Below, piece after piece: positions 39,261 to 52,309 of a DNA stretch of 64,000 nucleotides. The stretch comes from Camelus dromedarius. Lineage: Eukaryota. The stretch is from positions 54,748,001 through 54,812,000 of the forward strand of contig NC_087436.1 of the NCBI RefSeq assembly GCF_036321535.1, read 5' to 3'. The notes beneath the pieces were generated by a model that saw nothing but the letters and a program-made list of their open reading frames with translations, did not search any database and was not told where the DNA came from. The position numbers were made by a program, and so were the translations under genes. Every line of letters begins with the position of its first letter. Position 1 is the stretch's first letter.

Positions 39261-41479
39261 TTAACATTCTGATTGCTATTTTATACCTTCTATGCTAAAT
39301 AGCTTCTGCTTTCCTAAGCCTTCTACATTTACCTCTCCGAATGGCTGTCTTTTTTTTTCAGTTGAGAACAGAGACAAAATGATAAAACTTAATATCAAAA
39401 AATTAGGATAGAGGATGGAGAAGAATAAAGGTTGAGGACTAAGGAAGCATGTCTTATGACTGTAAAGTAATGAGGTTGACAATTTTCTTCCACAGTAAAT
39501 TTTGAAGGCAAATTCTTAAGAGGAGCTTCATTCCAAAAATGCTCAGAGCAAAGACAGTGAATTGGAATAAATTTTGTCCCCCAAGGGATTCCTTTGAAGT
39601 AGCAGACTCGTTTTGGTTATGTATCCTGTAAAACTTACTAAAAATAAAAACCACTTGGTATTTTACAGACAATCTATTTAATCCTTAAAATTGAAGTAGA
39701 ACAATTTTTAGTAGAAGAAATGTGCACACATGCACATTTGCACAAACACACATGTGCTCTTGTCTAGTAACTGCAGAAATCCACATCACAAGGCAGAGTT
39801 CAGAGTTTAGACGGAAGCACTTTTGATGTTATGGATCAGGATCAAATCACACTGTCAGCTTTTGAGGCTGGCCACAGTCAAATAACAGCTTTGATACTTT
39901 GGGTCAGTTCAGCAAACACTTACTGAATTTCTACTCCATAAGGCATTGTAGGAGGAGAGCCCCTCTATGATCTAGTGAGTATACAGACAACATAAACAGC
40001 TGAAACAACGCTGCTGATGGTTTCCTCTGGTAGAAATGGCAGATGGGTGACAAGAAAGTATGGAGGAGGATGACAAAAATGTCAGCAAAGAAGGATTTGA
40101 AGTTTCCTTCAGGAAGTGTGACTTCAGTTATGCCTTGCAGAATGGACAGAACTTAGTAGTTGGAAAAAGAGAGGGAACAGCCTCTGAAGCAGAGGGTTTA
40201 AAAGGCATATCTCCTTCAAAGTCTCAGTCACTTGACAATCTTAACTCTTCCTCTCTGATGCCTTCTGGGGCTAATTCCAGATTTCTGTTGCCCTGTTACA
40301 GGAAACCTACCCAATCACTGACTTCACCACTCCCACAGGTTTGTTGGAACATGTTTTCTGAAATGATTGAATTGACCAATAAATAAGTGGTCAGAGGCCA
40401 TTTTGGGAAGCAGACTTTAAGTTCTGAAGAAATCTGAACCTGATATGAAGTAAAATGTGTACAAAAGAACTCTGTCTCTCTTGATCTTGGTGCGCTCTTG
40501 CCAGGATCTTTTATTTCACATTTTCTGCACTGCCACCAAATTTATTTTAGTAATTCACTTCAGAGCCTGGATGCTGCATCATCAGTGACTGGACAGCGAA
40601 GCCAACAAAAGGGACTGCCCAGCAGCTCCCTGACACTCTGCCAGTGCAGTCCTAAACTCAGAGCCCACTCTGCTCCACGCACATGCTGGTCCTACCATGC
40701 CATTTAATTAAAAAGAATAAACCTCCTGCTTTAAAGCATTTAAATGGCAGACAGTTTTGTTTATTTTTGTTTTAGGTAAACCACACAGAGGAAAACTCAT
40801 GTGGACTAGGGGCCAGAAACATGAAGCATAGAGGTGATAAGACCACTTCTTTCCTTTAGGAATGACTAGAAAAGACATAAAAGATCAATTAAAAGTTTTG
40901 GTAAGAAGGGAAGACTAAAAGCTCAACCAATCAGGGAATGATTCATCATTTGAACAAGCTTAAAATACTGAATGATTATGGAGTGACAAATACAGGGGAA
41001 AAAAAGATACAAAAGATAATTTGACAAACTCTTCCCAAAAGTTACCAAAATTTTTTTTCTCTGCCTTAGTGGAACAATTTAACATAAGATGATTCATTCT
41101 ATTTTCAAAGACTTCTGTGTGAAGTAAGTTAAACTTCTATACAACTTCAATAATTAAGAATTGCAAATATATTTGAAGAATTTGGACTTTTAATGATGTA
41201 AACTTTATGAAAACTGTGCTACATTTATTCAGAATACATTAAAAGTAGAAGAAAAGCTGATAAGTATATTGATAAATATTATGATATTTTATTTATTTAA
41301 AATCACAAGTTAATGAAATACATTTTTACATTGAATACAGTTAGAAAAGTTTAGGACATATGTTTACAGAATTAATATGTATTATCTGACCTCTAATTTG
41401 GAACATTTTAAAACCCTCTTTCCTCTTACTTCTTTTAAACAGAAAATTATGTGCAATACTTTTTATTGACTTGGATCAT

Positions 41480-41705
41480 AACAGTGGAGTATCATGGAAG
41501 GATGTCGGCCTTAGGATAGCTGGTCATGGATTCAAATCTTAAGCACTATTATTTTCTAACTATGTAGCCTTGGGGAAGTTTCTTAAATTTTCTGAGTTTC
41601 CTGAGACTCAGTTTCCTTACATTCAAACTCATCGTCTGTGACAGAAACAACTAATAATATAAAGCCTGCCATGAAATGCAACTCTACAATATTAATTTCT
41701 GCTTA
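41480..41705 (+). mobile_element. MIR SINE
   Basis: ggattcaaatc...taactatgtagccttggggaagtttcttaa...tctgag..ctcagtttcct. Confidence 0.7.
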
Positions 41706-44224
41706 CCTTTCCAATACATAGCCTCAATAAGAAGTTAAAAATCTGACCTCATCTGAGATCCAAAATAAGAATGAGAGAAGTCAGAGAAATTTGCTTCCTA
41801 TGACTTCAAGTGCAAAGTTTATTGCACACTCCTGGGATTTACATAAAGGAGAAGACCAGATTTAAGTGGAGTTTGCCTAGCACAAATAATATCCTTTTCC
41901 TTGAGGATGTTAACATTTAGTAAATGTTAATGATAAAACAAGTGCTACATGCTTAGTCACGTGCTACAAATGACTAATCTGGAGTAATCTTTAAAAAGGG
42001 AACAGTTTAAATAGCAAATTCATATTTTGGGTTCCTATTTGGAACCTGTAATGATAATAATTCATATACTTCAGTAAAACTGTACGTTTTTTGAAATATC
42101 TTTATGTGACTACGTTGGCTGAAAATGGGTCCTTTGACAAGGCCAAATGAAGGTTGACAACTAGAGAAAATAGTAAGAATAACTTATTCATATAAATAAT
42201 ACATGCAAGATAATAGAAATACGACTAATTTGTTAATATTTTTATTTTTAAAAATACAAACGTGTTGCCTGGCTCTACAGGCAATATGCATATGCACAAT
42301 GGGAGAAATATTTTTCTGACTATGCCCTGTGGAACCTCCTTAAAATACATGCTCCAAGTTTTTGTTTGTTTTTGTTTTTTGCTATGGATACTTAATTTCA
42401 TGACACACTTTTAGAAAGATAAAAGTTATTTTAATGCATAAACGACCATTTTGAGTTAAGGCCTAGAACTAACTATGAATATCCTCAACATTTTAAAAAT
42501 AACAAATAGGATAAGGAATGAAAAATGGGATAACGAGAGAGAGATGAGAGTGAGGCTCAATGACGGGGATAAATCGAAAAGGCTTCCAAGAAGGAAGTGA
42601 CTAAATAATCGGGGGCCCAGGTTACCTGACTCCTGACCTAATTATTTCCCATATAATCAAAGTTTATATTCCAGGTGGAGAAAGTTTGCATGTTATGTAT
42701 GCATGTGTATATTTTAGATAGGAAAGTTTTTCTGAGCTCTGTTATAGACTCTTGTGGGGAAATTCTATCAGTATTAGTTATTCCTCTGGGTTGTAACAGA
42801 AAGAACTATTTGAGCTGTGTAGGAAAGTTATCCCTTAAACATAATGGACCAATACAGTTATTCTGTTCTCAGTGTTTAATCCTGCAGTTTTTGGTTCTCT
42901 TTTGATGTCAAGCTTTCAGGACTCATGCTGTGGTCAGTACACCTGCCACAGTAGTCACTTCTCCACTTCCCAGGGGAACAGAGGGTTACACTTACAGTGA
43001 AAACAAAATGAGCCCCCGAGGCAGACAGACCCTGGGCCTCTCACGGTGAGCAGATCACTCAAACTAAATGAGACTCACTATCTTCTTCTGTAAAAATGAG
43101 TTGTGTGAATTAAATGAACAACATCCATAAGGTATTTAACAGGGTTCCTGATACACATGAAACACTCAATAGACCTGTTTTTTCTTCCACATTTTCCCAT
43201 GCTGTTATAAGTACGCCTTTTGTTGTTTGTGGAGAACACTAATCTAGCTTAGTAAAATGTTGCCTAAAATAATGGTCAATTGGCTCTGATTGCATGTCTG
43301 AGACACTTTCCTTTGGGTTTACATTTGTCTACTATGGCTGCCTACTTCTAGGTTTTTGGCTGTATTCCAAAGAATTGAGATTTTTTTTGAATAAGCAAAT
43401 TGTTGCCGAGGTATTGCAAAGTCTCACTATTCAATATTCTTTGTATTCTACGTTAAGAAAGCCAATATGTTAAATTGAAAACCTGAGCTTTCTTAGTCAC
43501 ATATGACTAAGTGACAAAGTGAAATCTATCAGTTAAATTATTCATCATATAGACTATAAAATTTCCCAGATTTATCGTATTGAGTATTTAAAAATATATA
43601 TCTAAAACACATTTTAATTGATCCAGACTGGTTTTATGTATGTTTACTACACATGTTTCAGATGTTACCAGTTTAACATGTCTAATTTATTTTTTATAAA
43701 TTATGAAAATAATTTCTAAGTGACATTATTGTTACTGAGTTTTGTGTTTTTAATTAAGAAAATTATCAAAAATAGAATTCCCGCAGAAATGAATTCTAAA
43801 TTTGTTTTGAAGAATGAGAGTTCATTCTGGGGGCTTAATTACAATCTGGCACTTTTAATTATAATCTGGCACTTTATAAGTATAATCAGATGCCTGATTA
43901 TAGGGATATGTATGCAATCAACAATAATAAAAAAGCTTAAATTCTGTCTCTTAAGATATGGATGTCATCCCTCTCTCTCTTTTTTTGTTGTTGTTGTAGG
44001 GCAATAAACTCTTAACCTTTCTCCTACTGACAACGAAAACTATTATCTTAACATAAATTTTACTTACATTTAATCTTTTTCCATTATGATTTTGGTTATT
44101 CTGTTTAATAATAGAAAACATTCTATTCATACTTAATTGATACTAAATTCTTCAAATATGCAGGAAGAAAGCACACAGAAATCACAGTACAAAGATATAA
44201 AATAAAAAAAATTGAAAAAATAAT

Positions 44225-44778
44225 GGGTGATGTTATTTTCCCCAAATAGCCCAACAATATCTCCCATTTCTCATTCTCTTCTTAAAACGTGGACTTTAAC
44301 ATGCCTTCCATTAAGAGGTAAGGACTACATTCCCTCTTTTTGAATCTCTGGATGTGATTATGTCTATGGCAGAAACAAGGTTATATGACTTCCGAGTTTA
44401 TGTCATAAACAGTAATAACTTCTGACTGATTTTCTTGAATATTTGTTCTTGAAACCCGATCACTGTGGTGTGAGGGAGCACAAGAAGCTAATGGAGAGAT
44501 CTACATAGAGAAGAACCAAGACCTCTAGACCACAGCTCCAGCTGAGCTCCCTGATGACAGGCAGCACTAACTTGCCAGCTGTATACATAAGCCATCCTGA
44601 AACTGGATTCCCCAGCTTCTAGTTAAGCCACCCCTGTTGAAGTTGCAGAGAAATGGATGATGAACCATCCTTCAGAAACCTGACTCAACTGTAGATTCAT
44701 GAGCAAATTAAATGACTGCTGCTATTGTAAGCCACCAAATTTTGTGTTGTTTATTCCACAGAATAGATAACTAATGCA
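44225..44778 (+). mobile_element. MaLR solo LTR (MLT1G/H-like)
   Basis: ttttccccaaatagcccaacaatatctccca start; cagctgagctccc..atgacaggcagcactaacttgccag; end taagccaccaaattttg...atagataactaatgca. Confidence 0.85.
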
Positions 44779-44918
44779 GATAATCTAAAAATGATACCCA
44801 ATTATTCTATTAACTTTGTATGAGTTAGGAGTGATCATTGTCCACTTTCCTAGTTGTGAGTCACATAATTTGGCTTTATCACCTTTAATAAGAGGCAGAT
44901 ATATGTATATGCATATTA

Positions 44919-44972
44919 TATTATATATATTATATACCTCTTATTATATATATTATATACCTCTTATTATAT
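44919..44972. repeat. 23-bp tandem duplication (about 2.3 copies)
   Basis: Unit tattatatatattatatacctct at 44919-44941 and 44942-44964 plus a partial copy. Confidence 0.9.
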
Positions 44973-46299
44973 GTATTTGACATACCCTACAAATATGTCA
45001 ATGTAGAAAGATTTGTTTTCATTCACATAAATATCTGATAAGATCCCATTACCTTCTTGAACCATAGTTTTACTTTAAGCCCTCAAGCTGAACTCAATAT
45101 TACGTAAGAACTGTCAAAACCAGGGTTTTTGTTTGTTTGTTTGTTTCATGTCACTCTGAGAAGTACAGACTTTAGAATTGGTCAAGATAGTGTCTCTTAA
45201 GACACATTTTCTGCAACTGCAGCTCAACAGCAGCAAATATATAGATAACTTTATAAAGAAAGACTAAGGATCATCATTAAAATAGCCTGAACCTTCTCTC
45301 ACCAAAATAACTTTATGCATTAAGTGATGGAACAAATATAACCACTGCCTGGGAATAAATTACCCTAATTTAACACAAAGATACTTTCCCAAGTGAAGTG
45401 GGTTCAACAACATTCGAACTATTCTAAATGTTATCACTCATTGCCCTATCTTCCTCAGGCAGCTGAAAGTCAGATCAATCCACAAAATTTTGTGTGAATA
45501 TTTTATGGGAGGTTTTAAATTGCACTCAGAAAAAAACAACAAAGGAGATTAAAATAGAATCTATGTACACTTTAGGGGATCAAAAGCAGGCTGAAAGAGT
45601 GATGTTCCAATTCCAATGTGAGTAAACATAAACAACTATCTATAACAAAATGTTGTAATTTACAAGGTCAGGTAATGCTAGGTGAAGATCGTAATCTAAA
45701 AAGATATTTATTTAAAAGAATAGATAATTTCTTTGAATTGCAGGGAAATTAAAAGTTTTGTTTAATAAATAAGAGATTAAAGATGAGACTTATGACAATT
45801 ACATGAGTGTGAACTGGCAGAATTAAGAAAATAATTTAGGGTGAAAATAATGATACTTTAGCTTTAAAATGATTTTAAAAGTAGTAAGGAGATAAACTGA
45901 TATACAGAAAGAGAACTCACAGAGATAGTGAACAAACATGGACAAGCCTTTATCCTGGGTACAGAAAAAAATAAGTGAAAAGAATAATATACATACAATG
46001 AACTGAGTTACTGAGTTAGACATACTGATTAAGAAAAAGCTAAATGGTTTATTACCAAATGCACAAATAACATAAATGGGTAAAATCACAAATACAGAGA
46101 CCCAATAAACAAAGATTCCAAACTCATATAAAATCAAATGCAAGTTACAAAAATCATAATGCATGTTTAGATTCCAGAATGACAATTATTAAGACATTGA
46201 TAAAACCAAGGTAGATGAGACTGTGGCAAATGCAGGGACTCTCATAGAATGTTGATAGAAAGGCAACCTGGTATATTTCTGATAACAAGCACCAAAATG

Positions 46300-47925
46300 T
46301 ACTGTTAGAAGCTTCTGAGTGCTCAACAAACTCTGCTTCCCTTTTGTTCATGGGCACATAGCTGGATGAGCTGTCCTGTTAGATGTCAGACCTAATGTGA
46401 TATGGTGATAGGACTAGGATTTGGCCAATGGAAAGCGGTTAGGAGTGATTTATCAATTTTAAATCCTGACCACTAAAATACATCACATGTAATGTTTTAT
46501 GCACGCTCTATTTCATGTCTACCAGTTGAATTACGGTAATGTAGCAAGAGACTTTAAGGTCCTAGGGAATAGAGGAACTTTAAGTTGAAAGGGGTCTGAG
46601 TGCCTGATTTACTGCATGAAAGAGCCACTCAAGACAGCTGGTCAACAAAGAATTCATCTGTTGTATGCATGCATGATGAAAATGAATACTTGTGCTAATT
46701 CACCAAATCTGGGGGGTTTTATAACACACACAGACGTACACAAATTGGTATTTTAAAGTATGATACTGCTACAGCAAAAACCTAATATATGAGATACTGG
46801 CTTAACTGGTCAGGTGGCTGGTAACAAGAGAACTGATATCAGAGGCTGGGAAGGTAGTAACCCAGATTATATTGTAGTGGAATATTTGACAAAAGTCTTT
46901 CCTGGGATAACCTGGAAGGCAGACCTTATTGATTTTGTACCTCTAAAGAAAGAATCAGTGTGTTGGCTATTATTGGCCACCTTTGGCAATTTTTAAGAAA
47001 GTGATAGATCAAGAAAAAGTCTTGTCGATATGGACAGGTGTTTTAAGAGTACTAAGATTTAGATCACTGAGTTTGTAAAACCGTATAGTTTCTAGAACTA
47101 AAAAGTAAAAAATGATGAGAAAGCAGCATAGGTTTGAGAAAGCAAAAAAAAGTCTTGAGAATTTCTGCCTAAAATATAGCCTTGGTTATGGTTAGTGGCA
47201 TCTGGGATTTACTGGAAGCAAATAGATATCTATTAATTTTATGAGAGAATATTATTGCCAAAGGAACTGTGAGCCTGAACTTAAAAGCCACTAGCCATCC
47301 AAATGGTAAAATAATGTTAAAGATACTGCATTTTTACCAGGAGAAACATGCTATGAAACCACAGAAAGCCTAATAAGGGCATATGCCTCATTGCTCGCCT
47401 CAAACTACTTCAGATATGAATATGGAATATAATAACTTATCAGCGGGTATAGAATCACTAGACAAGAGAGTTCCATATAAAGACAAAATCATAGTCTCAT
47501 CGAAGAATATCCCCTACCTTGAGATAAGGGGTCCTTATAAGGCCTGTCAGTGAGATTTTAAGTGTAGGGGGAGCTGAAGCTTTATTTCAAGGTCATCAGA
47601 CCAGAGTAGCTATATATGGATCTAATAAAAGAGCACTACACTCAAATTATATTGATATCCTAAACTTCAATTTGTATGCAGTGACCAGATAGGACTTCAG
47701 AAAGTATCTCTTTAGAAAAGGAGTATGTAGGAAAGAGTGTAAAATGATACTTGGGGATCAGATGGATATCTGTGTCAGACGCTGCTATGGGTTCACCAAA
47801 ACATCACTTGAAGATCTGTTTTACTCATAACAGGCTGTTGTACGACCAAGAGAAAAATTTTATAGTGTTAAGCCACTGACTTTTGGAGTTGTTTGTTACA
47901 GTAGTTAAGACAACCTGACTAACAT
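46300..47925 (+). mobile_element. Old MaLR element: LTR - internal - partial LTR (MLT1I/J-like with MLT-int)
   Basis: LTR-like 46300-46730; internal gctacagcaaaaacctaatatatg..actggctt...aggctgggaaggtagtaacccag typical of MLT-int; LTR end taagccactgacttttggagttgtttgttacagtag...ctgactaacata. Confidence 0.7.
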
Positions 47926-48382
47926 ACTGAGTCAATAATTTTATTGTGTTGAATTTTTTCCCTAAGGTTGTTTTCAGGTAAAAAAAAAATTATATATATA
48001 CATATAAAATATTAATTAAATTTATGCTTATAATGATACTCAGAAAAATAATATTTAATAAAATCAATTATGGTTCTATATAAAACCTAATATTCTGTAT
48101 CACTTTAAATGATGATACATGTATCAATATAGAAACAGACTTAAGCTATATTGTTCATGGAAAAACTTTTACAACAAAGTTGTTATATTTACTTAAAATA
48201 AACGTGATAGTTATTTGATTTTATATACACTAAAATGTTAATAGTCGTCTCTAAGTAGTAATGAGTGAATTCTCACTTTGCTCTTCATTGCTTTTACTGT
48301 CAATGTTTTACCATTATCATGTACTACTCTTATAACCAGGAGTTTTAAAAAAGTATTTTCTTTTTTTAAAAAAAGTAAAATT

Positions 48383-49508
48383 AAAAGACAACCTACTGAA
48401 TGAGGGAAGACATTTGCAAATCATGTGTCTGATAAAAGGTTAATATTCAAAATATACAAAGAACTCCCAAAACTCAACAACGAAAAAAACCAACAACCCA
48501 ATTGGAAAATGTGCAGAGGCCCTGAATGGACATTTTTCATAAGAAGACATACAGATGGTCAACAGGCACATGAAAAGATGTTCAACATCGCTAATTATCA
48601 GAAAAATGAAAATCAATACCACAATAAGATATCACCTCACACCTGTTAGAATGACTATTATCAAAAAGAGCACAAATAATAAATGTTGGTAAGGATGTGG
48701 AGAAAAGGGAACCCGTACACTGTACTGGTGGGAATGTAAATTGGTGCAGCCTCTATAGAAAACAGTGTGGAATTTCCTCAAAATATTAAGAACAGAAGTA
48801 CCACATGATTGAGCTCTTCCACTTCTGAGTATTTACCCATAGGAAAACACTAATTAAAAAAGATACATGCACCCTGATGTTCACAGTAGCATTGTTTACA
48901 ATAGCCAAGACATGGAAAAGGACCTAAGTGTTCATCAACAGATGATTGGATAAAGAATGGTACACACACACACACACACACACGCACACAGACGCACACA
49001 CATACACATAACTGGAATACTATTAGCCATAAAAAAGATGAAATCTTACCATTTGTGACAACATGGATAGACCTTAAGGGTTTTATGCTAAGTGAAATAA
49101 GTCAGAGAAAGACAAATACCATATGATTTTACTCATACGTGGAATATAAAATACAAACAAACAAACAAAAAATAAACGAACAAAGAAAATCAAACAAAAT
49201 TAAACACGTAGATACAGAATAGTGGTTACCAGAACGGAAGGGGAGAGGGTAGGGCAAAATGAGTAAAGGAGGTCAACCAAATGGTGAAAACTAAACTTTT
49301 GGTGGTGAGCATGCTGTACTGTATATAGAAGTAGAAATATAATGTTGTACACATGAAAATTAAATGTATATGTTAAAAACCAGTGCTACCTCAATAATAA
49401 AAAACAGAAGACAAGATAAAAACAATAAAAACAATAAAAACAATAAAAACAATAAAATAAAATAAAATAAAATAAAATAAAATAAAATAAAATAAAATAA
49501 AATAAAGT
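48383..49508 (+). mobile_element. 5'-truncated L1 (ORF2 C-terminus and 3'UTR) with patterned A-tail
   Basis: ORF2-end motifs (gatatcacctcacacctgttagaatg; ggtgggaatgtaaattggtgcagcc). Tail (ACAATAAAA)n(AATAA)n. TSD aaaaagtaaaatt 48370-48382 / aaacagtaaaatt 49509-49521. Confidence 0.93.
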
Positions 49509-49617
49509 AAACAGTAAAATTGATCTACCAGGCATATGGGATTTAATTTGTACATTGAATCTAAAATAGACTGTGCCTTCCCCAAATCAGTTTTAGTGAG
49601 TCTGAATTTTTCTGGAA

Positions 49618-49710
49618 GGGGATTAGGGACACAATTTAGTCCATAGTAGATGTATACAGGTATATCAGCTACAAGATGTTGCTTGATTTTCTTCTTGTCT
49701 CTAACACCAA
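49618..49710 (+). repeat. About 90-bp dispersed duplicate of 51772-51861
   Basis: ggggattagggacacaatttag...tctctaacaccaa occurs twice, with about 2 substitutions and a 3-bp indel. Confidence 0.93.
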
Positions 49711-50076
49711 TCACCTGAGCTCTTCCAATCATCTAAGCCTGCTTCTCTTTAAATAGGTGAAGAGAATTTGGGAGAAAATTAATGTCATCACTGTCCTGCT
49801 ATGTTGGACTAAGATTTTTTTTTTAAGAATAACAAATTAAAGCCATAATGTGCTCCTTGCAGAGTTTTTGGAGACCCCCAAACTAGGTGTTGATGAACTT
49901 AGTTGTTTTGAAAACCTATATCCAATTTAACTAATCTTAGTTTCTTAGTAAACTGCCAAGTTCTGAGCATGTCTCTACACTCATCAATCCACAGTCCTTT
50001 AAGTCAAACTTATAATTCACTTCTTCATCTCAATCCTGCCTTTCTACTGAATAAATTTTATATTTATATAGATGGT

Positions 50077-50515
50077 GTTTTAATTTCCTACTAGTGCCAT
50101 AACAAATTACCATAATTTGGGTGGCTTAAAACAACAGAAATGTATTCTCACAGTTCTGGAGGCTAGAAGTCAAGAGTCAGGGTGTTGAGGGCCATACTCC
50201 ATCAGAGGTCTTTTGGGAAGCATCCTTCCTAGCTCGCCTCTTCTAGCTCCTGTTGGCTGCCAGCAATCTTTGGCAGTCTCTGACTTATAGATGTATTACT
50301 TCAATCTGCTTCTGTCTTCACGTGGCCTTTTCCCCTGTTTGTGTCTCTATGTCCAAATTTCTCTCTTTTTATATGGAAACCAGCCATATTAGATTTAGGG
50401 CCCACCCTACCCCTGCACTTAACTTGATTAGATCTGCAAGGACCCTATTTCCAAATAAGTCATATGCATAGGCTCCAGGTAGAAATGAATTTTGGGGAGA
50501 CATTATTTAACCCAG
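50077..50515 (-). mobile_element. MaLR solo LTR (MLT1B/C-like)
   Basis: gccataacaaattaccataatttgggtggcttaaaacaacagaaatgtattctcacagttctggaggctagaagtc...ccctatttccaaataag. Confidence 0.9.
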
Positions 50516-50559
50516 ATGGCTCAGCTAAAAACTGTGTTTTTAAAATTTTCTCATTTTCA

Positions 50560-51980
50560 ACAAGATTTACATAGTCCTCAGTCACACTCTTTTTCCATCA
50601 CAACCTGAAGCTGTTCACTTCTGAAATATTAAATTCAAACTTTCCATTCTCTGCCCAATTTTTTCCCCTTTTTGTTTGCTTTTCCATGTCCCTGCAATAT
50701 ATATACTTTAAATTCTTTAGGGTTTCAGTCAACTCATCCCTCTAGTTGTCCTGTTGCATCAAGCCCTTCTTGTCTTTACCAAAATTAATATTCTCTCCTA
50801 TATTCTATGGTCTAAACATGGGAAATGTCTTTACTATCTCTCTGCCTTACTCCTGTATTTTTGCTGAACACATCTAGCAGAACCCCAAACCCTGGATGAA
50901 TATGAATATCTATCTTTGTTTTTGCCTGTGCTGAGGATACTTAGCCTATGTGCAAAATTATTCATACAATCAATTAGATTGTTATCCCCGTGAATTTAGT
51001 ATAAAAATATGAACTGAGCTTTCAAAATTCCTTAGAGATTATACTGGGTATCTATTTAGGTCACTTCTCATTTCCCCAAATTACAGGTTTCAGGCGTTCT
51101 GCGACTATTCCTGCCAGTAGTTGACACTGATTCAGCCTCCTTTTAGAAATACCCTTTCCTTGGCTTTCACAGCTCTTTTCTTCTCTTGCCTCTCTTTTTC
51201 AGTTCTCTTTGTAGGTCCCCTTTGCATTTTTTTGCTTCCTCTTTAATATTGATATATTAGTGAAACAGTTCTGTCTAAACCTATTTTTATCTCCTATATA
51301 CATATTAGCAAGGCAATATAATTTATTCTCATGGTTTCAGTTATAATTTAAATATTGAAAATTTACATTTATTTAAAATATCCAATTATTTCTTTCTTCT
51401 AGGCATCAGTTCTGCATATCCAGTTGCTTACTAGGTAACTTCACTTGATTGCCTTACTGGTCAGGTAAGGTTGCCATAGCAAAATACCAGAGACTGAGTA
51501 GCTTAAACAACAGAAATTGGTTTCTTGCAGTTCTAGAGGCTGGAAAGGCCAAGATCAGGGTGCCAACATGGTCAGGTTTTAGTGAGGATTCTCTTCCTGG
51601 CTTGCAGCTGGCTGCCTACTTGCTTTACCCTCACATGGCATGGACAGAGACAGAACAAGTTCTCTGGTGTGTCCTCTAAGAGCACTAATCCCATCATGAG
51701 GGTAGCACCCTTATGACCTAATATAAACCTAATTACCTCAACAAAGTCTCACCTCCAAACACCATCACTTTGGGGATTAGGGACACAATTTAGACCATAG
51801 TAGATGTATACAGGTATATCAGCTACAAGATGTTGCTTGATTATCTTGTCTCTAACACCAAACCTATGTATCCCCTGAAATACATGATTTTACTAACATC
51901 TATCCTGCTCAAATTAGAAAACTTAGCATCATATTCGACCTGTCTTCTTCAAATATCAAGATTTTCCATCTAGCCATTTT
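50560..51980 (+). mobile_element. Degenerate L2 interrupted by an MLT1A LTR
   Basis: agcagaaccccaaaccctggatgaa; atatccagttgcttactagg..acttcacttgat resumes after the LTR as gatgtatacaggtatatc. Confidence 0.6.
51450..51802 (-). mobile_element. MaLR solo LTR (MLT1A-like)
   Basis: gccatagcaaaataccagagactgagtagcttaaacaacagaaatt...cactaatcccatcatgaggg...accatcactttggggattaggg. Confidence 0.9.
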
Positions 51981-52309
51981 AAAAATGCTGAATACCAACA
52001 GTATATCAGGCACTGTGCTAGGAAATGGGTTAACTATAGAGAGAAAGAATAGATTAATTCTATCCCTAGTGGATTTTATATTCTGGTGTTGAACACAAAT
52101 CACAAACATTAGTCCTGTAACCATGCAAATACATAAAATGTTACAAGTGCATAGAGTGTTATGAATGATAGGAACATTGTACTAAAAGAATACAATTTAA
52201 CTTAGGGATGCCAGAAAAGATAGCCTGAGTAAGTGAAGATTGGCCTGAGATGTGAAACAAGAGTAAAGATTTTATCATAAAAAAAGAAAGAAGAAGAATA
52301 GGTCTTTTA

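Noticed and set aside
41910..41930. Perfect 10-bp inverted repeat ttaacattta-g-taaatgttaa
   Set aside because: Short and AT-rich, within chance expectation for 64 kb, with no supporting context.
45823..46185. 120-aa hydrophobic ORF
   Set aside because: Antisense of an A-rich degenerate old L1-like fragment; compositional artefact.
49391..49732. Hydrophobic 113-aa ORF with (FILFY)n, suggesting a membrane protein
   Set aside because: Antisense translation of the (AATAA)n L1 tail.
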